Assembly (NCBI GenBank): GCA_964365195.1
Contig: CAYIPM010000001.1
Span: forward strand, 1-34,788
Source: Candidatus Woesearchaeota archaeon
Lineage (GTDB): Archaea > Nanobdellota > Nanobdellia > Pacearchaeales > GW2011-AR1
Length of the DNA stretch: 34,788 bases
Reading direction: 5' to 3'
Positions 1 to 8,691 of this stretch are shown here, piece after piece; position 1 is the stretch's first letter; each line of letters starts with the position of its first letter. The position numbers and the translations under genes are program-made. The notes under the pieces were generated by a model, which worked only from the letters and a program-made list of their open reading frames with translations, searched no databases and was not told the DNA's origin.

Positions 1-54
1 ACAGTTCAAAATATATTTTTAAGACAGAACAAAACCGCTTATGCGGAGATACTG
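1..54 (+). repeat. 3' part of TIR-bounded interspersed element (family A), ending GCGGAGATACTG
   Basis: Near-identical to 5182..5235 and 8609..8662. The terminal GCGGAGATACTG is the reverse complement of the CAGTATCTCCGC that opens the copies at 8455 and 34733. Confidence 0.7.
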
Positions 55-56
55 AA

Positions 57-107
57 TATAGTGAAAGACATACAAATATGGTAAAAAGCTTATGTCTTTT
101 ACTATAG
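57..107. repeat. TATAG-bounded hairpin unit
   Basis: TATAGTGAAAGACATA ... TATGTCTTTTACTATAG forms an imperfect ~16-bp stem. Same design as the family B/C/D hairpins elsewhere in the window. Confidence 0.5.
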
Positions 108-310
108 CCTGTTGCAGAGATAGCAAAAATTTAGGCAATTTCTTTATTATTTTTGTCTATTTGAAAAATAAAATTGTCCGCAAGCTGCGAGGTATTTCTT
201 AAGCCTCCAAATTGGAACGACGAAAAATAATTGCAAGCAAGGAGGTATTAACCCATTTGGAGCAATAAAAAATACCAATGAAAATGTTTATAAATTAGCT
301 GTCGTATAGT

Positions 311-383
311 TATAGTGAAAGACTCGCGTCTTTCCCTATCTAGTCAACGACAAACTGAGGAAAAATAAAGGTCGTTGACTATA
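311..383 (+). repeat. Double-hairpin repeat, family B (short form)
   Basis: TATAGTGAAAGACTCGCGTCTTTCCCTAT hairpin followed by TAGTCAACGAC..GTCGTTGACTA hairpin. Copies at 2953, 5273, 9443 and 33483. Confidence 0.75.
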
Positions 384-396
384 ATAAAGAGGATGC

Positions 397-702
397 ATGA
401 AAAAAAATAAAGCTTCTTTAGATAACAAATCGCTGTTGCGTGAAGCAATTGCTGACATCAACAAAGAGTTAGTTTATTTAAAAAAAGAAAAAAGAAAATT
501 CAAAAAGCAGATTTCTGGATTAGATTGCACTGTTGAAAAAGCTCATTTGAAAGAAGAGGAATTAAAAAATAAAATTGCGAAACTTTTGGAGAAAGAAACG
601 CGATTAACAGAAAATAAAAAAAGCACTCAGATAAAAATTGACAGACTTTCTGATAAGCTTGGCAAGATAGAGAAAATCAAGTATGAGATGAGTGATGTGT
701 GA
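397..702 (+). CDS. Hypothetical coiled-coil protein (K/E-rich heptad-like sequence)
   Basis: 101-aa ORF with ATG 14 nt after the family B repeat. Composition is typical of a coiled coil. No family recognised. Confidence 0.5.
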   Translation: MKKNKASLDNKSLLREAIADINKELVYLKKEKRKFKKQISGLDCTVEKAHLKEEELKNKIAKLLEKETRLTENKKSTQIKIDRLSDKLGKIEKIKYEMSDV

Positions 703-774
703 TTGTTATTTGTTTTCTTTCAATGAGAAGTTTTATTAATTGATTTTATGTATGAATCTTAGGAAGAGGTTTAT

Positions 775-2943
775 ATGAATGTCGACGATGTATTAAAAAA
801 ATATTCCCAAAAAATTGAGAAAGAAATAAACAGTAATGCTGTGAATGTTGATTTTAGCACGAATGGCTCCATTGAATATGCTCGGTTTAAAGAAGAACTC
901 ATGCCTTCTCTTTCTCGTTATGAGCGATGGGCAAAACAGATCGGCGGCATGATCACGTTTCGTCTTGCGCCTAAAGACGAACAGCGAATAAGTATGCATT
1001 TAGCGACAGCACATCTTTCTATAACTCCTGCAGATGTTGTTGGATATGCTGCAATGAGCGCGTTTATTTTATTTTTTATTGGTGTTTTATCGTCGGTTGC
1101 GTATTGGTTTTTGCAGGGGGCTGTTCTGGGCGATTTTCCCCTCTTTTTTTTATTTTTAATTTCTTTATTCAGCAGTTTTCTTTTTTATTATTTATATTCT
1201 GCACCGGCACGATTTGCAACACGCTGGAAACTTAAAGCAAGCAGCCAGATGGTCCCAGCAGTTTTGTATACGGTGATTTATATGAAGCATACGAGTAACT
1301 TGGAGCGCGCCATTGGTTTTGTTGCACAACACTTAGAAGCACCTTTAGCTTTAGATTTTAGAAAAATTATCTGGGACGTAGAAACTGGACGATTTTCAAA
1401 TATTAAAGATAGTCTTGACAATTATTTGGAATTTTGGAAAGAATCAAGCATTGAATTTATAGAAAGTTTTCACTTGATTGAAAGCAGTCTGTATGAACCA
1501 AATGATGCGCGCCGCGTGCAAATATTAGAACGCGCGCTTAAAGTAATTCTCGACGGCGTGTATGAACGCATGCTGCAATATACGCACACAATCAAGTCTC
1601 CTTTATCAAATATCTATATGCTTGGCATTGTTTTACCGACGCTGGGATTAGCACTTTTGCCGCTTGCTTCAGTATTATTGGGAGGAAGCATTCGTTCATA
1701 CCATATTTTTGTTTTTTTTAATATCATTATTCCATTTTTTGTTTTTTATTTGACTTCGCAGGTGTTACTCAAACGACCAGGCGGTTATGGAGATACAACA
1801 CTCTTAGAAAAAAATCCGTATTATTATCAGTATGAATCCAAGCGCGGTTATTGGATTGCATTTTTTATCTGTTTTCCTATTTTTTTGCTGGGAATTCTGC
1901 CGCTTATTTTTGGATATACAAAATTACCGACGCTGATTGGTTTGCCACAAGATTTTAATTTAAGCGATTTTGGATTAAAAATTTTTGGCGAAAAGGCATT
2001 TGATTTTAGCGCAAGTGCAGCGGGAGTTATTGGCCCGTTTGGATTTTTTGCGCTTCTTTTGAGTTTATGTGTGCCTCTGTCGATTTCACTTTTTTTTATT
2101 ATTGCGTTTTCTATGCGGACGAAAAATCTTATCACTGCTCGGAATGAAACTGAAGCGCTAGAAAAAGAATTTACGAGCGGTTTATTCTCATTGGGTAATC
2201 GACTTGGCGACGGCATCCCAGCGGAAATTGCATTTGCAAAAGTTGCTGCCAGTACACGCGGACAAAAAACAAGTGAATTTTTTAAAATTGTGACGACAAA
2301 TATTCAATCAATGGGCATGAGTTTAGAGTCGGCAATTTTTGATCCTCGACGAGGAGCACTGGTGTATTATCCGAGCAATTTAATTGCAACAAGCATGCGC
2401 ATTTTAATTGAGAGTGTGAAGAAGGGTTTGCACGTTGCTGCTGAAAGTTTGATGAGCATTTCTGATTATGTTCATAATATTCAAAAAATTAATGAGCGTT
2501 TGCAAGATTTACTTGCTGATGTTGTCAGCGATATGAAAAGCAACATGACATTTCTTGCGCCACTCTTGGCAGGCATTGTCATTGGTCTGTCAAGCATGAT
2601 CACTGCTATCTTAGCGAAAATAAAAACACTTTCTGCATTACAAGGTGAAGCAGCAATTAGCGGTTTAGGAAATTTATCGAATATAACTCAATTATTTGAT
2701 ATCACTGCAATGATTCCTCCGTATTTTATGCAAATTTTTATTGGCCTGTATATTATTGAAATTATTTTTATTTTGTCTGGCGCGCTTGTTACGATTGATT
2801 CTGGAGAGGATCAATTGCGCTCGACGTATGAATTATCAAGAAACTTATTACGGGGTAGTTTTTTGTATTTACTCATTGCCTTTATCTCTATTGTATCGCT
2901 TTCTTTGCTTGCAAGCATTGCGGTGCGGGGCATTGGGGGATAG
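775..2943 (+). CDS. Polytopic membrane protein, possibly the FlaJ/TadC (T2SS-F-like) platform protein of a type IV pilus-like system
   Basis: 722 aa with many long hydrophobic helices separated by two soluble helical segments (around PLALDFRKIIWDVETGRF and AEIAFAKVAASTRGQKT) that resemble T2SS-F repeats. Lies next to pilin-like genes, a KaiC-like ATPase and an A24 peptidase. Assignment rests on architecture and context only. Confidence 0.45.
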   Translation: MNVDDVLKKYSQKIEKEINSNAVNVDFSTNGSIEYARFKEELMPSLSRYERWAKQIGGMITFRLAPKDEQRISMHLATAHLSITPADVVGYAAMSAFILFFIGVLSSVAYWFLQGAVLGDFPLFFLFLISLFSSFLFYYLYSAPARFATRWKLKASSQMVPAVLYTVIYMKHTSNLERAIGFVAQHLEAPLALDFRKIIWDVETGRFSNIKDSLDNYLEFWKESSIEFIESFHLIESSLYEPNDARRVQILERALKVILDGVYERMLQYTHTIKSPLSNIYMLGIVLPTLGLALLPLASVLLGGSIRSYHIFVFFNIIIPFFVFYLTSQVLLKRPGGYGDTTLLEKNPYYYQYESKRGYWIAFFICFPIFLLGILPLIFGYTKLPTLIGLPQDFNLSDFGLKIFGEKAFDFSASAAGVIGPFGFFALLLSLCVPLSISLFFIIAFSMRTKNLITARNETEALEKEFTSGLFSLGNRLGDGIPAEIAFAKVAASTRGQKTSEFFKIVTTNIQSMGMSLESAIFDPRRGALVYYPSNLIATSMRILIESVKKGLHVAAESLMSISDYVHNIQKINERLQDLLADVVSDMKSNMTFLAPLLAGIVIGLSSMITAILAKIKTLSALQGEAAISGLGNLSNITQLFDITAMIPPYFMQIFIGLYIIEIIFILSGALVTIDSGEDQLRSTYELSRNLLRGSFLYLLIAFISIVSLSLLASIAVRGIGG

Positions 2944-2952
2944 AATTCATTT

Positions 2953-3078
2953 TATAGTGAAAGAATCGCGTCTTTCCCTATCTAGTCAACAAAAACAAAA
3001 AGCATTTACTATTTTATAATAATTTGAAAATGCTTTTTGTTTGATAAACTGGGGGAAATATTAAAGTCGTTGACTATA
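2953..3078 (+). repeat. Double-hairpin repeat, family B (long form with nested inner hairpin)
   Basis: Nearly identical to 5273..5397. The second hairpin carries an inner inverted repeat ACAAAAAGCATTT..AAATGCTTTTTGT. Confidence 0.8.
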
Positions 3079-3082
3079 ACTC

Positions 3083-3199
3083 GCAATTTTGTTCACTTAA
3101 AGTTTTCCTCCCTATCTCGTAATCTCCCTCGTTTTATTTTTTGATAGTCTCGTGAAGTTACTCGACCCTCCCACCCATCAGAGAGGTGAACAAAATTGC
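3083..3199. repeat. Element bounded by a perfect 14-bp inverted repeat with a C/T-rich interior
   Basis: GCAATTTTGTTCAC (3083..3096) pairs with GTGAACAAAATTGC (3186..3199). The interior contains CCCTCCCACCCATC, similar to the C-rich tract of family A. Confidence 0.6.
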
Positions 3200-3261
3200 T
3201 TGATATCTCGACGATTTTGGTTAGATAAAAACATTTAAATGATTCTTTCCTCTGTAATCAT

Positions 3262-3438
3262 ATGATGATGAAAAAAAAGAGTGGAAATGGTGAACGAGGA
3301 GAAGTTTCATTACAATTTTTATTTTGGCTTATAGTGGCAGTTATTGTTTTAGTTATTTCTGTTGTTGCCATCATTTATTTAACGCAGACAGGACAGAACG
3401 CTTTATCATTTATTAAAGATTTTATTAGGGGAGGATAA
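3262..3438 (+). CDS. Small pilin-like protein (class III signal peptide-like N-terminus); not in the ORF track because it is under 60 aa
   Basis: Own translation: MMMKKKSGNGERGEVSLQFLFWLIVAVIVLVISVVAIIYL.., 58 aa. The stop abuts the ATG of the next gene at 3439. Confidence 0.5.
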   Translation: MMMKKKSGNGERGEVSLQFLFWLIVAVIVLVISVVAIIYLTQTGQNALSFIKDFIRGG

Positions 3439-4050
3439 ATGTCCGAAGAAAAATCAATTGGTACCCTTGTCAATTTTATTATCATTGTTCTGGTTTTAGC
3501 AATTGTGATTGGAGGATTATATTATTTTGATGTTATTGGAAACATTAAAGATATTTTTCCGACGTTTGGAAAACAAAATACAACTGTTGCATGGGAAGGA
3601 CATTATTTTTTGGAAAGGCCGGAATTGATTGTGTATGAAATCCAAGACACAGACGATACGCTTTTTTTATGGTATGATACTGCTCTTATTGCCGTCGGCG
3701 AAAAAAAAGGTCAATCTATTGGATGGCGCTGGTTTAGAGATATATCCCGAGATAAAGAGGGATGGTTAACCGCTGAAAGCTACATCTTTACTGCTAGAGA
3801 ATATAAACCTTTTTTTGATCGCAATAAAAATTTGATAAATGCGCTTGCTTCTGTGCAACAAAATCCCGAAAAAGGTTTACAAAAAATTGTGGAACGTATT
3901 GTAAAAAGTAAGGAAGCGCTGCATGTGAAGATTGGAACGAATTGGAATGAAGTATATGCTGCGAATGATGCGCGTTTGCGTGATCTTGACGGACTTATTG
4001 ATAAATTTAATCAGATTTCACGTGGTGTTGTGCGGGAGAAAAAAATATGA
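3439..4050 (+). CDS. Hypothetical protein with N-terminal membrane helix (pilin-like/pilus-associated)
   Basis: 203-aa ORF with an N-terminal hydrophobic helix (LVNFIIIVLVLAIVIGGLYYF). Overlaps the next gene by 4 nt. Confidence 0.6.
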   Translation: MSEEKSIGTLVNFIIIVLVLAIVIGGLYYFDVIGNIKDIFPTFGKQNTTVAWEGHYFLERPELIVYEIQDTDDTLFLWYDTALIAVGEKKGQSIGWRWFRDISRDKEGWLTAESYIFTAREYKPFFDRNKNLINALASVQQNPEKGLQKIVERIVKSKEALHVKIGTNWNEVYAANDARLRDLDGLIDKFNQISRGVVREKKI

Positions 4051-4592
4051 ATCGAGCAGGCGTTGGGTGGCTCACTGAAGATACGGGAAAAATTGTGTTG
4101 GCAGTCATTTGCGTAGTTATCTTATTGGGGTTTGCGGCGAAATTATTTTTTTTCGTGAAGGCAGATAGTGAAGCAGCAACAATGAAGACGCAACTTGAAA
4201 CACTGACTCTGGCTATTCAGCAATCATCGACGGAAGGGCAGGAAAAAATTATTGAATTATTTCCTAAAACGGGGTGGTATTTACGGAGTTTTCCAGATAA
4301 TGATTTTCCACAAGGAAATTGCCGCGGTGGTATTGGATGTATTTGTTTTTGTAAGAATGTAGAATGCACCGACAAAAGAGAATGCAGTTCATTTTCTTTT
4401 GATGTTTTTGTTGAGGAAGAAATCTTTTCAGGTTATTCACTTGATGAACGGGTTACCTATGGCGAGCAGGAAAATAAGGCGATAGTTGCAGAGAGAATTG
4501 AGAGTGTATTGGAATTACAAAGCATAGAAGTGTTACGTATTTTTCCACAAGGAGATTTTATTGTTATTAAACGCGCGGAACAAAAAAAATGA
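4047..4592 (+). CDS. Hypothetical protein with N-terminal membrane helix (pilin-like), Cys-containing ectodomain
   Basis: 181-aa ORF with ATGA overlaps on both sides. N-terminal helix IVLAVICVVILLGFAAKLFFF. Confidence 0.6.
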   Translation: MNRAGVGWLTEDTGKIVLAVICVVILLGFAAKLFFFVKADSEAATMKTQLETLTLAIQQSSTEGQEKIIELFPKTGWYLRSFPDNDFPQGNCRGGIGCICFCKNVECTDKRECSSFSFDVFVEEEIFSGYSLDERVTYGEQENKAIVAERIESVLELQSIEVLRIFPQGDFIVIKRAEQKK

Positions 4593-4714
4593 ACGCGAAA
4601 CATTTTTCTAGAAAAGCGCAGATGGAGCCATTTTTAAAATGGATTTTATGGATTATTTTTTTTCTCATATTATTGATGGGGCTTTATTTTTTATTGCAGA
4701 GAATGGGAATATAG
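4589..4714 (+). CDS. Very small membrane protein, class III signal-like (RKAQ/MEPF..)
   Basis: Own translation: MNAKHFSRKAQMEPFLKWILWIIFFLILLMGLYFLLQRMGI, 41 aa. Its ATG overlaps the stop of the upstream gene. Confidence 0.35.
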   Translation: MNAKHFSRKAQMEPFLKWILWIIFFLILLMGLYFLLQRMGI

Positions 4715-5056
4715 AGAGTTTTGAAAAACCTCAATTTCAAAACTTTCTATAGAGAATCTTGCAAAATTATCAAAATTCTCTAAGAAGAAGTTTGAAACGC
4801 TGAAATTTACAACTATTGGACGTTGTAAATTTCAGAATCCTATTTATTCAAACTTCTCTATAGAAAAAGACTTACGTCTTTTTCTAATAAGCTATAGGAA
4901 ATAACATTAATTTTCGTACTTTTATTTGTTATTTCCTATCTCTCCAAACAAAATGTTTGTAGACAACGACAAACGAAAAAAATTAATGTCGTTGGCTATA
5001 AGAAGGACTTTGACGCGATTTCCTTCGGAAATGTGGGTTATTCAAAGTCCTCTATA
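4711..5056. repeat. Tandem array of 5-6 different hairpin units joined at (C)TATAG junctions (families D, B' and C plus unique units)
   Basis: Consecutive inverted repeats: AGAGAGTTTTGA..TCAAAACTTTCT, AGAGAAT..ATTCTCT, AGAAGTTTGAA..TTCAAACTTCT (inner CTGAAATTTACAAC/GTTGTAAATTTCAG), AAAAAGAC..GTCTTTTT, CAACGAC..GTCGTTG, GGACTTTGA..TCAAAGTCC. Units recur at 9106..9202 and 33322..33555. Confidence 0.75.
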
Positions 5057-5115
5057 AAAAATCAGCTCAACGAATGCGATTGAATCTGCTCTTCCACCAA
5101 ATGAGCTGGAATTTT

Positions 5116-5235
5116 CCGCCCACCACCCACCTGAAGCGGTTTTGTTTTATCGACGATATATGTAAAGATTGGTTTTGATTGACAGTTCAAAATATATTTT
5201 TAAGACAGAACAAAACCAATTAAGCGGAGATACTG
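5116..5235 (+). repeat. Family A element copy (C-rich tract plus 3' arm)
   Basis: CCGCCCACCACCCACCTGAAGCGGTTTTGTTTTATCGACG...GCGGAGATACTG. Overlaps the sequence of copies 8455..8662, 34733..34788 and 1..54. Confidence 0.7.
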
Positions 5236-5272
5236 TTTTAAGCCAAACTTTAATAAATCGAAAAACTTTATA

Positions 5273-5397
5273 TATAGTGAAAGACTCGCGTCTTTCCCTA
5301 TCTAGTCAACAAAAACAAAAAGTATTTACTATTTTATAATAATTTGAAAATGCTTTTTATTTGACAAACTGGGAAAATGCCAAAGTCGTTGACTATA
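5273..5397 (+). repeat. Double-hairpin repeat, family B (long form)
   Basis: Near-identical to 2953..3078. Ends 3 nt before the ATG at 5401. Confidence 0.8.
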
Positions 5398-5400
5398 ACC

Positions 5401-6384
5401 ATGCGCAAAAAAAGAAGTGAACAGGGGGAGGTTATGACAACTACGCTTGTTGCTACAATCGTTGTTATTATTAGCTTTGGCGTTATTTTAGCGTTTTTAT
5501 ATTTTTTCTCTTTTCCGACGGTGATTGACACAGAAGCATGCAGACAATCTATTATTTATCGCGCTAGCGTAAAATTTGGACTTGTTGATTCTGCGAGCGT
5601 TGTACCATTACAATGTCAGACAGAAAAAATTTGTTTTAGCATGAGCGGGGATTGTATTCTTTCAAACAGTAAAGATAATCCTGTGCGTATTGTAAAACTG
5701 TCGACTGAAGCAGCATCAGCAAAAGCAACAATTCTTAATACCTTAGCTGAATCCATGCGCGCATGTCATTACATGCTTGGTGAAGGACAATTAGATTTTA
5801 TGCCGCGTAAATTAGAAACCGTGAACTATGGACTCATTTGCACTCGATTTGCATTTGATGAAAAAGCAAAACAGACGATTGAGAGTATTTCGTATAGTGA
5901 ATTGTATTCTACGTTAGAGAAAAAGAAATTACAGAACGGAAAAAGTTATTTAGAATATTTGTATCCTGGGTTTACAAACTCTCGCGATTCAGTTTTATTA
6001 TTTACTCATTTGCAACAACAAGGAAAAATTGAAAAGAATGTTGATCCTAAAAATTTCGGTATACCTCTTTCTGAAGAGAGAGGATATATTATTATGGCAA
6101 TTATGGAACCAAAAGGAACTTTGAAAAGCTGGGCGTTAGGAATTGGCACTGCCGCAGCAATTCCTGCAGGGGTTGGCCTTATTGCGACTGGAATTGGCGC
6201 GCCGATTGGCGTTTTATTATTAACAAGCGCAACAACAATTGGTGCGACATCTTTTGTTGCCGGCAGTTATGTATTTGCCTATACATATCCTAACAAATAC
6301 ACTTATTATCCTCCGTCGGTGCAGCCGTTTGATGTTAAAAAATTACAAGATCAAAAAATTTACAGCTTTGATATTGCACCGTAA
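5401..6384 (+). CDS. Pilin-like/pilus-associated protein with class III signal-like N-terminus and hydrophobic Gly/Ala-rich C-terminal segment
   Basis: The ORF track starts at 5377, but its first 8 codons lie inside repeat B. MRKKRSEQGEVMTTTLVATIVVIISFG resembles the N-terminus of the 3262 gene (GERGEV..). Confidence 0.6.
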   Translation: MRKKRSEQGEVMTTTLVATIVVIISFGVILAFLYFFSFPTVIDTEACRQSIIYRASVKFGLVDSASVVPLQCQTEKICFSMSGDCILSNSKDNPVRIVKLSTEAASAKATILNTLAESMRACHYMLGEGQLDFMPRKLETVNYGLICTRFAFDEKAKQTIESISYSELYSTLEKKKLQNGKSYLEYLYPGFTNSRDSVLLFTHLQQQGKIEKNVDPKNFGIPLSEERGYIIMAIMEPKGTLKSWALGIGTAAAIPAGVGLIATGIGAPIGVLLLTSATTIGATSFVAGSYVFAYTYPNKYTYYPPSVQPFDVKKLQDQKIYSFDIAP

Positions 6385-6385
6385 T

Positions 6386-6808
6386 ATGAATCAAACAAAT
6401 CGTCGCGCTGAAACCTCTTTAATTGAACTGGTTGTTTTTATTATTCTTATTGTTGTTTTTACCGTCGGCATTGGATTTTATGTCGTGTATCATGGCTCCT
6501 ACACCGCATTCTATGAAAAATTGCTAAGCCAAGAATTTGCATTGGTGATTGACGCAATGGAGCCTGCAATGGATGTTTCTATTGATATAACTCGATTGTA
6601 TAATCTTGCAACGAAAAATCGGTATGCAGGAGAATTTATTTTTATTAATAATAGTGACCATACTGTTTTTGTGCGATTGAACAGTGATTCGGGATATTCA
6701 TACACTTTTTTTAATGATCAGCATATTGTATGGAATATAGACGGAGAAAAACGATTATTATTGTTGCGGAGTGTTTCTTTTGAACCGGAGGAAAAAATAT
6801 CTCAATGA
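6386..6808 (+). CDS. Type IV pilin-like protein
   Basis: Internal ATG of track ORF 6239..6808. MNQTNRRAETSLIELVVFIILIVVF resembles the pilin N-terminal (T/S)LIEL helix. The 6239 extension overlaps the upstream gene. Confidence 0.65.
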   Translation: MNQTNRRAETSLIELVVFIILIVVFTVGIGFYVVYHGSYTAFYEKLLSQEFALVIDAMEPAMDVSIDITRLYNLATKNRYAGEFIFINNSDHTVFVRLNSDSGYSYTFFNDQHIVWNIDGEKRLLLLRSVSFEPEEKISQ

Positions 6809-7269
6809 AAAAATCAATGAACAAGTGCGCATATACTCAATTGGCAGACAGCGGCATGTTTTTTTTATGTTTTATTATTATTGCGGCAGGAATTGTTTTA
6901 GGTGTTTATTTATTTTATCAGAATCAGCAAAACCTGGCATTAGTAGAAGCGAGCATTTTATCGGAAAAAATTTCAGGGGTTTTTACCGACGGCAATGGTT
7001 TTAATCAGAATGTCTTGAAAGAGGGTTTTGATATTTTTACTGCAGCAGATTTAAATCGAGAAATTATAGACAATGAGCATCATTATATCCGGATTGAGAT
7101 TTTTAAAGATGCGGCACTCATAAAAAAAATTGAGAGCGGCAATCGCGATTTTTCTGTTTTGTGTGATTTGAAAGGCGAACAATTGCCGCAGTGTTTTCGC
7201 ACGAAAATTGTCAGAGATGATTATGTCATAAAAATTGTGAGCGGTGTTCGCGAAGGAGGAGGAAGATGA
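6805..7269 (+). CDS. Pilin-like protein (N-terminal helix)
   Basis: 154 aa with ATGA overlap to the upstream gene. N-terminal helix MFFLCFIIIAAGIVLGVYLF. Confidence 0.6.
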   Translation: MKKSMNKCAYTQLADSGMFFLCFIIIAAGIVLGVYLFYQNQQNLALVEASILSEKISGVFTDGNGFNQNVLKEGFDIFTAADLNREIIDNEHHYIRIEIFKDAALIKKIESGNRDFSVLCDLKGEQLPQCFRTKIVRDDYVIKIVSGVREGGGR

Positions 7270-7928
7270 TTTTGAAAATGAATGCCCGCGGCGGTGTTGA
7301 CAGTTTATTTACTTGGATTATTGCAGTTGGGCTTATTATTTTTATCATGGCTTTTTTTGTTTTTTTTACGATGCTGCTGTTTGGGAAATATAGTTTGACT
7401 CAAAGCGATGCAATTGAAATAAAGCAAATTTCTTCACCGATAGAAAAAAATATGCTTCTTTTATTGCAAGAAGAAATGATCATTGATGGAAAAAATATGC
7501 GGGTGATGGATGGAATATATCAAACGCTTGATTCGTTTATGCGCATTACGAATGAAGACGGCAAAAATATAGTGAATGTTTTTGGCATGCAAATGCCGTC
7601 GATGCAATTACGAGGACAGATGTTTGCCAAAGGTTTTGATGAAGATGATTGGGATGCACTTATTGACGCGCATCGGCAATTACAAGAAGGAGAACTTGTT
7701 AAAATCTTGCAAAAAAAATTATCGTTACGGTGTGATCGAGAATATTTTCTTGCAGTGCCTTTTGGCATTGTAACGCGCGATGGTTTAAAATCTTATGAAG
7801 CTGTACAATTTCATGATGATGATGCGTCGCTGTTACGCTATACTTCGACACAATCGTACCCTTTTATATATAAACAATTTCATTTTACCATCAATTTTCG
7901 CATGAGCAAGGAGTGCGCGCATGAGTAA
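7266..7928 (+). CDS. Pilin-like protein (N-terminal helix)
   Basis: 220 aa with 4-nt overlap upstream. N-terminus NARGGVDSLFTWIIAVGLIIFIMAFFVFF. Confidence 0.6.
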   Translation: MILKMNARGGVDSLFTWIIAVGLIIFIMAFFVFFTMLLFGKYSLTQSDAIEIKQISSPIEKNMLLLLQEEMIIDGKNMRVMDGIYQTLDSFMRITNEDGKNIVNVFGMQMPSMQLRGQMFAKGFDEDDWDALIDAHRQLQEGELVKILQKKLSLRCDREYFLAVPFGIVTRDGLKSYEAVQFHDDDASLLRYTSTQSYPFIYKQFHFTINFRMSKECAHE

Positions 7929-8388
7929 TTTATTTTTTTCCCGACGAGCAGTTTCACCAGCTATTGTTTTATTAGTTATTGCCGCAGCATCATTAAGCAT
8001 ACTTGCGTTATTTTATTTTAATAACGTTAATAAAGAATTACACGAAACTATTTTTTTACATGCCTTTGTGCATGAAATGAATGAAAAAAGATTTTTGCTT
8101 CATTTTTATATTCAAGATATTTTTGAAAGAAGTGTCGACGAATTTGGTGAAAATACAAATACAGAAACTTTTTTAACGACATTTCAAAAAAATGCAGTGA
8201 CGTATCGCTATGAGAACGGAAGTTATTTTATAAGTGAATTAGCGCAGTTAGAAATGTTAGGTATTGAGAGTGTGAGTTTTGAGAATGGAGAAATTGCATT
8301 GTATGTGCCGTTTGTTATTAGAAAAGAAAAAAATTTGATACAAATAAATTATGTTTATGATGAAGCATTTCGGAAAAAAATTCAGTAA
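7921..8388 (+). CDS. Pilin-like protein (N-terminal helix)
   Basis: 155 aa with 8-nt overlap upstream. N-terminus SRRAVSPAIVLLVIAAASLSILALFYF. Confidence 0.6.
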   Translation: MSNLFFSRRAVSPAIVLLVIAAASLSILALFYFNNVNKELHETIFLHAFVHEMNEKRFLLHFYIQDIFERSVDEFGENTNTETFLTTFQKNAVTYRYENGSYFISELAQLEMLGIESVSFENGEIALYVPFVIRKEKNLIQINYVYDEAFRKKIQ

Positions 8389-8454
8389 GGTTTGTTTTGC
8401 TTGAAGTGTCGCTTATGTTCTGTTCGAGCAATTAGTTTTGCCATTTTTTACAGG

Positions 8455-8662
8455 CAGTATCTCCGCACAGACTTTTGCCCCGCCACCTTCCGCTCACCAT
8501 CTCACAATTCTATTTTGCTATTTTTATTCAATTTGCCAAAATAAAATTGTTCGCCCACCCACGCTGTTTTGTTTTATCGACGATATATGTAAAGATTGGT
8601 TTTGATTGACAGTTCAAAATATATTTTTAAGACAGAACAAAACCGCTTATGCGGAGATACTG
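8455..8662 (+). repeat. Full-length family A element with 12-bp terminal inverted repeats
   Basis: CAGTATCTCCGC (8455..8466) pairs with GCGGAGATACTG (8651..8662). There is an internal C-rich tract and an inner stem GTTTTGTT/AACAAAAC. This copy carries an extra ~70-nt internal insert compared with the version implied by 34733.. plus 5116... Confidence 0.75.
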
Positions 8663-8691
8663 TACAGGTCAGTAAGGTTTTTAAATAATCA

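Noticed and set aside
793-2216. Minus-strand ORFs 793..999 and 1848..2216 inside the 722-aa membrane protein gene
   Set aside because: They are antisense to a much longer coherent membrane-protein ORF. Their translations are basic and low-complexity, with no start context. Unlike the TA genes, they show no family motifs, promoter or operon structure.
2741-3019. ORFs running into the repeats (2741..3019 +, 5334..5531 -, 9309..9521 +, 9518..9886 -)
   Set aside because: They overlap family B repeats or the 5' end of better-supported genes, and their sequence is dictated by the repeat.
4711-5056. The hairpin repeat arrays could be a CRISPR array
   Set aside because: There is no single repeat at regular spacing with unique spacers. 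The units are different palindromic hairpins that directly abut, and the same whole units recur at other loci.
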